64,000 nt of DNA from Betaproteobacteria bacterium (GCA_050257855.1 JBLMXQ010000018.1:5486-69485); one strand, 5' to 3'; positions 41,984-51,560 are shown, counted from the stretch's first letter. Notes: generated by a model not told the origin, from the letters alone. Translations and numbers: made by a program.

Positions 41984-42391
41984 TCACTTCCAGCCGGTCG
42001 GCTTGCGCGTGAACCGCGCGGGCAGGGTCGGCTTGGCGGTGGACGGGGAATCAGGTTCTCCCGACTGGCTCCGGATCTCGCGTTCGAGCTCCTCCTCGTC
42101 GGGCAGGCCCTCGAGCTGATCGACGAACATCAGCGAGTGCTGCGACGGAATCTCGAACTTCTTCCCGCACGTCTTGCAGGTCACCTCGTCGTCGAGGCGC
42201 AGGAGGTAATCGCGGAGCTTCGCGTATTTCGCTCGGTCCTCGTCGCTCGCGCCGGGGGGCAGCCGGTCCTTCTTCGAGCGCCGCACCCACCTGACGCTGT
42301 ACTCGTTGGTGCGCCGGCACCGCGGACACTGATAGCGTCCCGGGCGCATTTCCGCCTTTTCGTTGAACAGGGCGCGTTCGTCGAGTGCCAT
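41984..42391 (-). CDS. Hypothetical split zinc-ribbon protein
   Basis: CPRC and CKTC pairs about 46 aa apart; TGC-TACCAT-N7-ATG leaderless start. Confidence 0.75.
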   Translation of the reverse strand: MALDERALFNEKAEMRPGRYQCPRCRRTNEYSVRWVRRSKKDRLPPGASDEDRAKYAKLRDYLLRLDDEVTCKTCGKKFEIPSQHSLMFVDQLEGLPDEEELEREIRSQSGEPDSPSTAKPTLPARFTRKPTGWK

Positions 42392-42511
42392 ACCGCCAAT
42401 GGTAGCAAGCCGGCGCCTCGATTTCGAACCGTTCGGCGCCCGTAGCCGGAAGACGCCGTCCGCGATGAGGCAGGACGGCAGAACGATTGGGATCGCTCCT
42501 TCGACGCGGGT

Positions 42512-42973
42512 CTACCTCTGATTCCGGCCACGCCCGCTCGTCTCGACGGGCGTCTCCTGCGCGTTGACGGCCTGCCACCGACCGTGCCGGCGGACGAAGA
42601 CGTCGGTGAAGACGGTGCGGTCTTCGTGTCCGACGGCATCCACCGAGAGCACGACGCCGGTGACGACGCCGGTGTCGCCGTACAGGCGAATCTTCAATTG
42701 CTCGAAGCGCTGGCGACGATCGGCGGGCAGCGGATGCGCGACTGCCCATTTGATGTGCTGTCCCTTGGTGAGGAAGACGCCGGCGGCGACGGGATGCATG
42801 AAATCCTCTGCGAGAACTCGATCCAGCGTCTGGCGATCGTGCTCGCCGATGAGCCATTCACGCTCGAGCGCCCTGAGCGCGGCGCGATCGCGAGCCTCTG
42901 GCGGGTGAGTCACTGACGGCGCAGCCAACAGACCTGCGATCATGGCAGCCGACACAACCGGGTGCGTGCGCAC
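42512..42973 (-). CDS. DUF4440 (NTF2-like) exported protein
   Basis: RBS GGAGG before GTG 42973; LDRVLAEDF, IRLYGDTGVVTG, FTDVFVRRHGRWQAV. Confidence 0.82.
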   Translation of the reverse strand: MRTHPVVSAAMIAGLLAAPSVTHPPEARDRAALRALEREWLIGEHDRQTLDRVLAEDFMHPVAAGVFLTKGQHIKWAVAHPLPADRRQRFEQLKIRLYGDTGVVTGVVLSVDAVGHEDRTVFTDVFVRRHGRWQAVNAQETPVETSGRGRNQR

Positions 42974-42993
42974 GGAGCCTCCCGCGAATGATC

Positions 42994-43785
42994 CTACCAG
43001 CCGGACTTGCAGCGTCTCGCGAGAAGGCCGGTGGCTTCTGCGATATCGATGTCCGCGACGAGCAGCCCTCGCTTGCCGTACGGCTGGTACGCGAGGAGCG
43101 TCCCGTCGGGCCGCACCACGGCCGATGTCGTCGGCGACCCCGCGCTCGCGCAGTTCACCGTGGCGAAGAAGCAGGTGTTCTCGGCCGCCCGGCACAGAGC
43201 CGCTTTCTCGTGGAACGAGTTTGCGGGATCAGCGAAACTCGAGGGCCGGTACCCGCCCGGCTCGGCCTCGTGGAAATGAGGGTGGAACACGATGTGTGCG
43301 CCGCGGCGGGCCGCCCAGCGGACCGTTTCCGGATAACGCCAGCCCTCATGGCAGATGGCTATGCCGAACGTCACCGGGCCCGCCTGGAACACGCGCCGTC
43401 CGGCGCCGGGCGAATACGTGCCATCCTCGGAGGGGTCGAGCTGGACCTTGTCCTGGAAGCCGGCGATCGTTCCGTCCCGGTTGATGACCAGCGCCGAGAT
43501 CATCAACGTGTCGTCGACGAGGCGTTCGGTCCCGAGAACGACCGCGAGATTGCCTTTCGCAGCAGCGCCGGCGACGGCGGACCAGGCGCGGTCGAGGAAT
43601 GCCGAATCCGGACGCGGCACCTGCTTCCCCATGCCTCGGTAGCCGGGAACGAAGCATTCCGGAAAGCAGATCAGGTCGGCACCTTCGGCGGACGCCTGCG
43701 CGATGGCCTGTTCGGCCAGCGCGACCGACTCCGCGGGGGTCGCCGGAAACTGGAGGTTCGCGAGCGCGATTCGAAATGCGTTCAT
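42994..43785 (-). CDS. Carbon-nitrogen hydrolase (nitrilase superfamily)
   Basis: CFPECF (Glu), QDKVQL (Lys), GIAICHE (Cys). Confidence 0.92.
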   Translation of the reverse strand: MNAFRIALANLQFPATPAESVALAEQAIAQASAEGADLICFPECFVPGYRGMGKQVPRPDSAFLDRAWSAVAGAAAKGNLAVVLGTERLVDDTLMISALVINRDGTIAGFQDKVQLDPSEDGTYSPGAGRRVFQAGPVTFGIAICHEGWRYPETVRWAARRGAHIVFHPHFHEAEPGGYRPSSFADPANSFHEKAALCRAAENTCFFATVNCASAGSPTTSAVVRPDGTLLAYQPYGKRGLLVADIDIAEATGLLARRCKSGW

Positions 43786-43791
43786 CGATAT

Positions 43792-44184
43792 TCAGCGAAG
43801 GACCGAGACGCGGGCCGATCGGCGGCCGAACCTGATCGCTTCACGGCAGTTTCGAATGTACACGTCGATCCGGCGCCCCCGGATGGCCGAGCCCGTGTCG
43901 CGCACGACGTAGATGCCGCTGTATCGTCCGAGCCCGGTGAGCCTGATCCTCGAACCCATCGGCAGGACGTCCGGATCGGCGGCGACGATTCCCTCCCTCG
44001 GCGTTGTGCCGGTCGCCGTGACGCGGCCTGTGCAGTAAGCGGTCGCGGTGAACAGCGACTCGCCCGCTCGCGGCACGCCGGCAGCCGGCCCCTTCGGGTG
44101 CACGCGCCCCGCACATCCCTCGGCGACGAGGACGACCGCTCCGAAGACGGCGCACCAGAACGCGGTTCGGGGTTCGAACGACAT
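43792..44184 (-). CDS. 3D-domain lipoprotein-like protein
   Basis: FTATAYC, VAADPDVLPMGS, DTGSAIRGRRIDVY. Confidence 0.88.
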   Translation of the reverse strand: MSFEPRTAFWCAVFGAVVLVAEGCAGRVHPKGPAAGVPRAGESLFTATAYCTGRVTATGTTPREGIVAADPDVLPMGSRIRLTGLGRYSGIYVVRDTGSAIRGRRIDVYIRNCREAIRFGRRSARVSVLR

Positions 44185-44191
44185 CGCGTTG

Positions 44192-46597
44192 TCAGCGCAG
44201 CGCTTCCCACACCGCTGTGCGGGCCGCCCGGCGGGCCGGCCAGTACGTCGCAAACGCAGCGGTGAGGACGAACAGGCCGATGGCGAAACCGAACGACACG
44301 GGGTCCACGACACTGACTTTGTACAGCAAACCAGCCATGAGCCGCGATGCCGCCAGCGATGCCGCCACGCCCACGGCCAGGCCGATGCCGACCAGCACGA
44401 ATCCCTGACCGAAGACGACCGGCATTAAAGAAGGCGCGCCGAGCGCGACTCGGATGGCCAGCTCGCGGCGGCGCTGGGTCACCGAATAGGCCAGGACGCC
44501 ATACAGTCCGACAAGAGCGAGCGCCAGCGCAAGGGCCGAGAAGCTGCCGAGCAGCACGGTCGTGAACCGCAGGTCCGAGCGCGCGCCGTCCAGCAGCTCC
44601 CCGGCGGTCGCGATCGCGGAGACCGGCTGCTCGGCATCCACGGCGAGCACCTGCTGCCGCACGGCAGTCGCGAGGGAGCGAGGCTCGACCGCCGTCCGCA
44701 CCAGCAGGTTCATGTCGCTCCACGGGAGCTGCGCAAACGGAATGTAGATTTGCGGCTGCGGATCGGCGCCGGGTCCGTTGTTTCGCACGCTGCCCGCGAC
44801 GCCGACGACCTCCGACGCGGTCTGCCGGCCGACCTGGACGTGCTTCCCGATCGCGTTCTGGCCCGGCCAGAATCGGCGGGCGAACGCGTCGTTCACGATG
44901 ACGACCTTCGGCGCCGTCGCGTCATCCGCGTCCGTGAAGGCGCGACCTGCCCGGATCGGTGCCGCGAGCGTTTCGAACCATCGCGGACTGACCATCTCGA
45001 TCGTGATGACCGGCCGTTTCGGCAGCGGAACGTCCGGCTGACCCTCCGGCAGGACCGGCGTCATGCGTGTCCTCGTCGGGGGAAGCGCGCTCGACACCGC
45101 TGCCGCCCGCACGCCCGGGACCAGCGCGGTCCTGCGCAGGAGCTCGTCGAAGAACGCCACCTGCTGCGCCGGTGTCGAGTATCGCGAGGTCGGCAGCGAG
45201 ACGTTCATCGTCAGCACGTGGCCAGGCTCGAAGCCGGGGTCGGCCCGGAGCAGGCGTGAGAAGCTGCGGATGAGCAGGCCGGCGCCGACGAGGAGCAGGA
45301 GGGACAGCGCGACCTGCGCGATCACCAGCCCGTTGCGGACAGCCGCATGTCCGGCCGACGCCGTGTTCCGCGCCCCGTCGGCGCGCAGCCACCCCTCCAG
45401 GTCGGGTCGCGACGCTCTGAGCGCCGGCGCCAGGCCAAACCCGACCCCCGTGAGCAGCGACACGACGAGGGTGAAGAACAGCACGCGTCCATCGAGCGAC
45501 GCCGACACTCCGGCGAGCTGCGCGGGGGCGATTCTCCTTGCCGCCTCCACCGCCGCCAGTCCGAGGCCCAGTCCGAGCACGCCGGCGGCCGCGGCGAGCA
45601 TCACGCTTTCCGCCAGCAACTGGGCGACGATCGTGCCGCGCCGGGCGCCCAGCACGACGCGCACGGCCATTTCGCGGCTTCGCGCCAGCGCACGCGCCAG
45701 CAGCAGGTTGGCGGCGTTGGCGCAGGCAATCAGGAGGGCGAGCCCCACGGCGGCCGCCAGGAGGAGCAGGCGCGCGCGCAGATTCGCCACCGTCGACTCC
45801 TGCAGACCCGTGACGGTGGTCTCGATCCCCGCGGCATCCGGCGCGGTCGGATTGGACTCGGCATAATGCCGATCGAGCACGCGCATTTCCGCCGACGCCG
45901 ACCGGACGGAGCTGCCAGGCGCCAGCCGCGCGACGGCCGTCAGGTATCCGACCCCCAGGCGCAGGCGCTGCGGGGGAAAGAGGCTCAGCTCGAAATACCT
46001 CGGAATCCACACGTCCGCGGGACCGAGGAACGGAAACGCCACCTGCGGTGGCAGCACGCCGACGACGGTGAACGGGGTCAGACCCAGGCGCACCGTGCGG
46101 CCTACCACTCCGGCGTCACCGCCGAACGTCGTGCGCCAGCACCGGTCGCTGAGGACGACGACCATCGCACTCTCCGGACGCGCATCGCCGTCGTCGAACA
46201 GCCGCCCGAGCTGCGGCCGGATGCCCAGCGTCCCGAAGAAGTTGCCGGACACCCGTGCGACCGGCACCTGCTGCGGCGCGCCGGCGCCGGTCAGGTTGAG
46301 GGCGTCGCTGGTCGCGACCGCCACGGCGGCGAACGACCGGGCATGGTCGCGCAGCAACTCGTAGCGGGCGAGCGTGAACCCGTTGGTGCTGCCTTCGGCT
46401 TTGCGCACCGCGTCGAGGAGCACCAGCTCATTCGGGTGCTCGTAGGGCAGCGGTTCAAGCAGCGTCGCATCCGTCAGCGTGAACACGGCGGCGTTGCCGG
46501 CGATGCCGGCCGCGAGCGTGGCCGTCACCGCGAAGCTGAAGGCAGGCGCCCTGAGTACGCTTCGGGCCGCAGACCGCAGATGCGACGTCCATTCCAT
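44192..46597 (-). CDS. ADOP-type duplicated ABC permease without prefix domain or padR
   Basis: LLIACANAANLLL, RRRELAIRVALGA, WPARRAART; alternative start 46642. Confidence 0.9.
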   Translation of the reverse strand: MEWTSHLRSAARSVLRAPAFSFAVTATLAAGIAGNAAVFTLTDATLLEPLPYEHPNELVLLDAVRKAEGSTNGFTLARYELLRDHARSFAAVAVATSDALNLTGAGAPQQVPVARVSGNFFGTLGIRPQLGRLFDDGDARPESAMVVVLSDRCWRTTFGGDAGVVGRTVRLGLTPFTVVGVLPPQVAFPFLGPADVWIPRYFELSLFPPQRLRLGVGYLTAVARLAPGSSVRSASAEMRVLDRHYAESNPTAPDAAGIETTVTGLQESTVANLRARLLLLAAAVGLALLIACANAANLLLARALARSREMAVRVVLGARRGTIVAQLLAESVMLAAAAGVLGLGLGLAAVEAARRIAPAQLAGVSASLDGRVLFFTLVVSLLTGVGFGLAPALRASRPDLEGWLRADGARNTASAGHAAVRNGLVIAQVALSLLLLVGAGLLIRSFSRLLRADPGFEPGHVLTMNVSLPTSRYSTPAQQVAFFDELLRRTALVPGVRAAAVSSALPPTRTRMTPVLPEGQPDVPLPKRPVITIEMVSPRWFETLAAPIRAGRAFTDADDATAPKVVIVNDAFARRFWPGQNAIGKHVQVGRQTASEVVGVAGSVRNNGPGADPQPQIYIPFAQLPWSDMNLLVRTAVEPRSLATAVRQQVLAVDAEQPVSAIATAGELLDGARSDLRFTTVLLGSFSALALALALVGLYGVLAYSVTQRRRELAIRVALGAPSLMPVVFGQGFVLVGIGLAVGVAASLAASRLMAGLLYKVSVVDPVSFGFAIGLFVLTAAFATYWPARRAARTAVWEALR

Positions 46598-46670
46598 ATG
46601 GAGGGTCCAGCCTCCGGATTCGCCGCCGATGGGCGGCGTCACTGAGAGGGTGATTATGGCGCCGGGAACA

Positions 46671-47411
46671 TCAGGATGCTCGTTGCAGCGCGCGGACGAA
46701 ATCCGTCAGCTCGGCATCGTTCAGATCGGACACCGCCCAGAACGACATGCCGCCCCGGACCCAGTGATGCGCGTGAAACCCGTGAATCGATCGCGTAGCG
46801 GCGGCGGTGTCGCCGGCGGCCGCGGGCCAGACGAACAGGTTGATCGTGTGCTTCTGCCGCTGGTAGACGAGCGCAGCGGCCGGCCGTCCGGCCACGTAGT
46901 CGAGGCGTCCGCCGACGAGCGGGAAGCCGATCGCCGCAAGGTCGGTCACCGGCGGCGAGAAATCCAGCCTGCCCAGGAACCAGGGCTTGACCGTGTGCTG
47001 GTCGGTCGAGCGGACGTCGAACAGGTGCTCCGCCATCAGCGAGCGGACGTGGCCGCTCACGACCTCCTCGGCTGTCGCGTCGGCCATCTGGTCGCCGAGC
47101 CTGGTCCGCGACCATTGGACCAGCGAGAGCGCGCCGACCGACACGGCCAGCACGGCCGCCGCTGCCCACGCAAGGACGCGGCGCGTCGACCTGGCTCGAT
47201 TGGCGCGCGAGGACACGCTCGCCCTCAGGCGATCCGACGCCGGATAGTACGGCGCGGTGCGGATGAGATGGCCGAGTGCTTCGCGCTCCGCCACGCGTTT
47301 GCGGCATGCCTCGCACGTGCCCAGATGGTCACGTATGGCTGCGGAGACATCGGGCTGGAGCTCGCGGTCGACGTAGAGATCGATATCGCGCTCGACGTCG
47401 TCGCAGATCAC
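46671..47411 (-). CDS. Transmembrane zinc-binding anti-sigma factor
   Basis: HLGTCEAC (HxxxCxxC), single TM, STDQHTVKPWF, GGRLDY. Confidence 0.92.
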   Translation of the reverse strand: MICDDVERDIDLYVDRELQPDVSAAIRDHLGTCEACRKRVAEREALGHLIRTAPYYPASDRLRASVSSRANRARSTRRVLAWAAAAVLAVSVGALSLVQWSRTRLGDQMADATAEEVVSGHVRSLMAEHLFDVRSTDQHTVKPWFLGRLDFSPPVTDLAAIGFPLVGGRLDYVAGRPAAALVYQRQKHTINLFVWPAAAGDTAAATRSIHGFHAHHWVRGGMSFWAVSDLNDAELTDFVRALQRAS

Positions 47412-47932
47412 GAGATCCTCCCGATTGGCGGCGCCTGGGCGGTCAGCATCGCCGACAGACGCTCCCTGGCGCGCGCCAGGCGCGACATGACGGTGCCGAC
47501 TGGGACCTGCACCACGGCCGCGATCTCCTTATAGGACAACCCCTCGATCTCGCGCAGCACGATCACTTCCCGGAAATCCGCCGGAAGCTGCGCGATGGCC
47601 GCATGGACACGAGCGGCGGTGCGCTGTTGCAGCAGCAGCACCTCGGGGTCGGGGGTGCCGTCGGGGCGGTCGTCGAGGGTGCTGTCCCACCCTGTCGTCT
47701 CCGCCGCTTCGGACCGCCGCGAAATCCGGCTGTACCACACGTTCCGCACGATCGTGAGCAGCCAGGCCCGCGCGTCATCATGCCGCAGCGACTGGAAATA
47801 GCGCACGGCCCGGACGCACGCGTCCTGCACGACGTCTTCCGCATCGGCGTCGTTTCGTGTCAGCCACCTCGCGTAGTTGAAAGCCGCGTCAAGGTGCGGC
47901 AAGACGACGTCGTCGAACACCCGCTGGGGCAT
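47408..47932 (-). CDS. ECF sigma factor
   Basis: DAEDVVQDA, AWLLTIVRN, LREIEGLSYKEIA..VPVGTVMSRLARAR; ATGA coupling to the anti-sigma. Confidence 0.95.
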   Translation of the reverse strand: MPQRVFDDVVLPHLDAAFNYARWLTRNDADAEDVVQDACVRAVRYFQSLRHDDARAWLLTIVRNVWYSRISRRSEAAETTGWDSTLDDRPDGTPDPEVLLLQQRTAARVHAAIAQLPADFREVIVLREIEGLSYKEIAAVVQVPVGTVMSRLARARERLSAMLTAQAPPIGRIS

Positions 47933-47946
47933 CAGCCTGTCCCTTT

Positions 47947-47973
47947 AGACTCGACGGCCCGTTGGTTTATTCC
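47947..47973 (-). promoter_or_regulatory. ECF-type promoter of the sigma operon
   Basis: GGAATA-N17-GTCT on the minus strand. Confidence 0.68.
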
Positions 47974-48004
47974 CGGCCGTCGACGCCCGCGCCTCCCCTC
48001 CTCA

Positions 48005-48031
48005 GGAATATATCCGGCCGCGTTGCGGTCT
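48005..48031 (+). promoter_or_regulatory. ECF-type promoter of the phosphoesterase-cupredoxin gene
   Basis: GGAATA-N17-GTCT on the plus strand, same motif as the divergent copy. Confidence 0.68.
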
Positions 48032-48072
48032 GTATATGCACTGAGCTTCTCAAATGAACAGGAGGCACGCGC

Positions 48073-49287
48073 GTGGCACGAACTGATGATGTTGAAGACC
48101 TCGATCGACGCAACTTCTTGAAATGCATGGCCTGGGTCGGGACCGGAGCCGTGTGGACGATGTCGGCCGGCATCCTGAAGGGCGCCCCGCTCGACCAGGC
48201 CGGCGGCGGCCACAGCATGTCGCACCTGGCAGGCGCGGGCGGGCTGCGCTTCGTCCAGATCAGCGACAGTCACATCGGCTTCGACAAGCCGGCGAACGCC
48301 GACGTCACGCGAACCTTGCGTGCCGCGGTCGCGAAGATCGAAGCTGCTCCGGAGCCGCCGTCCTTCGTCCTCCATACCGGCGACCTGACGCATCTATCGA
48401 AGCCGGCCGAATTCGACACGCTGCAGCAGGTGCTGTCGGAGCTGTCGGTGCCGGTGTTCTACGTGCCGGGCGAGCACGACGTGCTCGAAGACGATGGCAT
48501 GAGCTTTCTGCAGCGATTCGGCAAAGGCACGCAGGGAGCCGGATGGCACAGCTTCGACCAGGACGGCGTGCATTTCATCGGGCTGGTGAACGTCGTGAAC
48601 CTGAAGGCGGGCGGTCTTGGAACGCTCGGCAGCGAGCAGCTCGAATGGCTCGAGAAGGACGTCAAGCGCCTGAAGAGCAGCACCCCGATCGTCGTGTTCG
48701 CGCACATTCCGCTGTGGTCCGTGTATCCGGAATGGGGCTGGGGCACCGACGACAGCGCGCGTGCGCTGGCGTCCCTGAAGCGGTTCGGTTCGGTTTCGGT
48801 GCTCAACGGCCACATTCACCAGGTGATGCAGAAGGTCGAGGGCCACGTGACCTTTCACACGGCAATGTCGACGGCGTTCCCGCAGCCGGCGCCCGGAACC
48901 GCGCCCTCGCCCGGCCCGATGAAGGTGCCGGAGGACCGCCTGCTGAAGGTGCTCGGCCTGTCACGGGTGTCCTTCCACGCCGTCAACCATCCGATCGCGA
49001 TTACCGACGTGCCGCTCGAGGGCGGGACCACCGCGGCTGGAGCGCACGAGGTCGTGATCGGCAACTTCAGTTTTGCCCCGGCGGCGGCGGCCGTGCCGGT
49101 CGGATCGACAATCACGTGGACAAACCGCGACGACGTACCGCACAACGTCGTGAGCACCGAGCAGCGCTTCAAGTCGCCGGTCCTCGACACCGACCAGCAG
49201 TTCTCGCACCTGTTCGAGTCCCCGGGTACCTACGAGTACTTCTGCTCGCTCCATCCGAGGATGACGGGACGCGTCGTGGTCGGCTGA
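48073..49287 (+). CDS. Tat-exported metallophosphoesterase fused to a type-1 copper cupredoxin
   Basis: DRRNFL Tat; DSH, TGD, GEHD, GHIH phosphoesterase motifs; C-terminal HN...YFCSLHPRM. Confidence 0.9.
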   Translation: MARTDDVEDLDRRNFLKCMAWVGTGAVWTMSAGILKGAPLDQAGGGHSMSHLAGAGGLRFVQISDSHIGFDKPANADVTRTLRAAVAKIEAAPEPPSFVLHTGDLTHLSKPAEFDTLQQVLSELSVPVFYVPGEHDVLEDDGMSFLQRFGKGTQGAGWHSFDQDGVHFIGLVNVVNLKAGGLGTLGSEQLEWLEKDVKRLKSSTPIVVFAHIPLWSVYPEWGWGTDDSARALASLKRFGSVSVLNGHIHQVMQKVEGHVTFHTAMSTAFPQPAPGTAPSPGPMKVPEDRLLKVLGLSRVSFHAVNHPIAITDVPLEGGTTAAGAHEVVIGNFSFAPAAAAVPVGSTITWTNRDDVPHNVVSTEQRFKSPVLDTDQQFSHLFESPGTYEYFCSLHPRMTGRVVVG

Positions 49288-49459
49288 GGGCCGCTCCGAG
49301 GCGCGCGTCGATGCCGAGTGGGCCGGGACCGAACGGGGTGGAGTGGTAGTACCATTGCCAGGCCGGCGCGACGCGCCGCATGGGGGTTCGGGGAGACGCA
49401 CCTCATCATTTCCAAAGTGACTATGGGTTTTCGCCATACCCGCGCGTAGAATCTGTGCG

Positions 49460-51082
49460 ATGAGCGCGACGGATCACGCGGAGAGGCAGACCGCGTACGA
49501 GCCTTTCTTCGGGCTGAAAGAGCCCCCCTTCAGCCTTGCTCCGGACCCGCGGTTTCTCTTCGCGAGCGCGTCGCACTCGGCCGCGCTGACGCAGATCGCC
49601 TACGCGATCGACCGTCGCGAGCCAATCGTGGTCGTCACGGGCGAGATCGGCACCGGCAAGACGCTCCTGTGCCGCACGGTGCTGCAGCGGCTCCCGCGCA
49701 AGGTGTTCGTATCGGTGGTCAACGATCCGCTGCTCGGACCCGACGACCTCCTGAAGCAGCTCCTGCGGGACTTCGGCCTCATCTCACCGGATTCGCCGCA
49801 GGCCGCCAGCGCAAGCCGTCACGAGCTCGTTCACGCGCTGCAGGGGTTCCTGCGTTCGCTCGCGGCGATCCAGGCGCATGCGGTCGTGATCATCGACGAG
49901 GCGCAGCATCTGCAGCCTGCCGTGCTGGAACAGATCCGGCTGCTCTCGAACATCGACGACGAGCGCGGGACGCTCCTACAGATCATCCTGGTCGGCCAGA
50001 ACGACGTCGAGCCGCTGCTCTCGCGTCCGGAGCTGCGGCAGATCCAGCAGCGCGTGTCGCGGCGGTTTCGCCTCGAGCGGCTGACCAGGGACGAAGTGCA
50101 GCAGTACATCGAGCACCGGCTGGCGCGGGCCCGCGACGGCGTCGCGGCGTCGCAGGTGCCCGGCGCGACCGAGCTGGCCCGCGCGCTCACCGAGTGGGAG
50201 GGAGAGAAGGCGTCGGTTGCGTTCGAGCCGGCCGCGATCGAGGCGATCTCACGAATCACGGGCGGCCTGCCGCGTCAGGTCAACCTGATCTGCGATCGCG
50301 CGCTCGAACAGGCCTTCGCCGCGCGGGTGCGCGTCGTCGACGTTCCGCTGGTTCAGGCCGCAGCGCGCGCGATCGGCGCGGAGCAGGCGGGCCTGCCCGA
50401 GACTCCGGATGTGCACGCGGCTCGAGACGCCGGCCCGGCGCCCGCGCCGCAGGCCGTCGCGGTGGCCGCTGACGACACAGCCGGGATGTTCGGTCCGGCC
50501 GTCGAGGCGACGCCGGCGCGCCGGTCGGGCTGGCTCGTGCTCGCGGCGGCTGCTCTCGTCGTGGTGGCTGCGGCCATCTGGATCGGGTTCCGGGCCGCGG
50601 CCACTCCTTCGCCCGCGAGGCAGCCGGCGGCTGCGCCTCCAGCACCGACCTCCGTGGCGCCTTCTGCGGCACGGGCCCTCGAAACGCCGCCCGCAGCGCC
50701 CGCCGCTGCAAAGTCGCCCGCTGGAATACCACCCGCGACACACACCGCTTCAAAGCCGCCCGCTGCAGCGTCGCCCGCGGCCGGGAGTCCTGAACCGCCG
50801 GCAGCCGGCGCGCCGCCGGCACACCCGGGATACGCCGCCATCACGGCCGAGGCGGGCGGCGCCTTCGAGATCGTCGTGGCATCCTTCAAGACCGAGTCGC
50901 GGGCGCAGTCGGTCGCAGCCGACCTCGCGGCCCTCGGCCTGCCCGCCCGCCGCCGGGTGCGCGGGATCTGGCAGCAGGTGATCTGCGGTCCGTTCGCGAC
51001 GCGGAGCGGCGCCGAGGAAGCGCAACAGCGGCTGGAGCGCGCGGGCTACGCGGACACGGAGATCGCGGCCACCGTCCGATGA
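49460..51082 (+). CDS. ExeA/GspA-like AAA ATPase with TM, Pro/Ala linker and SPOR domain
   Basis: FFGLKEPPFSLAPDPRFLF, GEIGTGKT, IIDEAQHL, GGLPRQVNLICDRAL; C-terminal SPOR-like GPFATRSGAEEAQQRL. Confidence 0.88.
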   Translation: MSATDHAERQTAYEPFFGLKEPPFSLAPDPRFLFASASHSAALTQIAYAIDRREPIVVVTGEIGTGKTLLCRTVLQRLPRKVFVSVVNDPLLGPDDLLKQLLRDFGLISPDSPQAASASRHELVHALQGFLRSLAAIQAHAVVIIDEAQHLQPAVLEQIRLLSNIDDERGTLLQIILVGQNDVEPLLSRPELRQIQQRVSRRFRLERLTRDEVQQYIEHRLARARDGVAASQVPGATELARALTEWEGEKASVAFEPAAIEAISRITGGLPRQVNLICDRALEQAFAARVRVVDVPLVQAAARAIGAEQAGLPETPDVHAARDAGPAPAPQAVAVAADDTAGMFGPAVEATPARRSGWLVLAAAALVVVAAAIWIGFRAAATPSPARQPAAAPPAPTSVAPSAARALETPPAAPAAAKSPAGIPPATHTASKPPAAASPAAGSPEPPAAGAPPAHPGYAAITAEAGGAFEIVVASFKTESRAQSVAADLAALGLPARRRVRGIWQQVICGPFATRSGAEEAQQRLERAGYADTEIAATVR

Positions 51083-51146
51083 GAGCCGCACGTCGCGTTC
51101 GATCGCTGCGCCTCGATGGCAATCGCCGAAGGACGTCAGAGCGCCG

Positions 51147-51560
51147 CTAGCGGCGCCGGGTGAGGGGGCCTTTGCCGCTGCGGGCGCCTCTCCGCCGCGC
51201 GCGGCCAGGTGGTTCGCCTTTGTGCTGGAGCGCGGACAGGCAGACATCGAGTCGATCGAAGCTCTTTTCCCAGAAGCTGCGATAGCCCTCGACCCAGGCT
51301 GCCACGTCCTTGAGCGGCGCAGCGTCGAGCCGGCACGGCCGCCATTGAGCGCGCCGCCCGCGCGCGATGAGCCCCGCCCGCTCGAGCACCTTCAGGTGCT
51401 TCGAGATCGCCGGCAGGCTCATGTCGAACGGCGCCGCGAGCTCGTTGACGGACGCCTCGCCGCCAACCAGGCGCGACAGGATTGCGCGGCGCGTCGGGTC
51501 CGCGAGGGCGGCGAACGTGGTGCTCAGGCGATCGGCCGCGGACGCGGTGTGCGGAACCAT
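51147..51560 (-). CDS. ArsR/SmtB-family regulator
   Basis: FAALADPTRRAILSRL..SLPAISKHLKVLERAGLI; imperfect palindrome TTAACC-N4-GGATAA upstream (51584-51569). Confidence 0.9.
   Translation of the reverse strand: MVPHTASAADRLSTTFAALADPTRRAILSRLVGGEASVNELAAPFDMSLPAISKHLKVLERAGLIARGRRAQWRPCRLDAAPLKDVAAWVEGYRSFWEKSFDRLDVCLSALQHKGEPPGRARRRGARSGKGPLTRRR

Noticed and set aside
50400-50830. Pro/Ala low-complexity stretch as a DNA repeat
   Set aside because: Ordinary protein linker of ExeA-SPOR, not a nucleotide repeat array.
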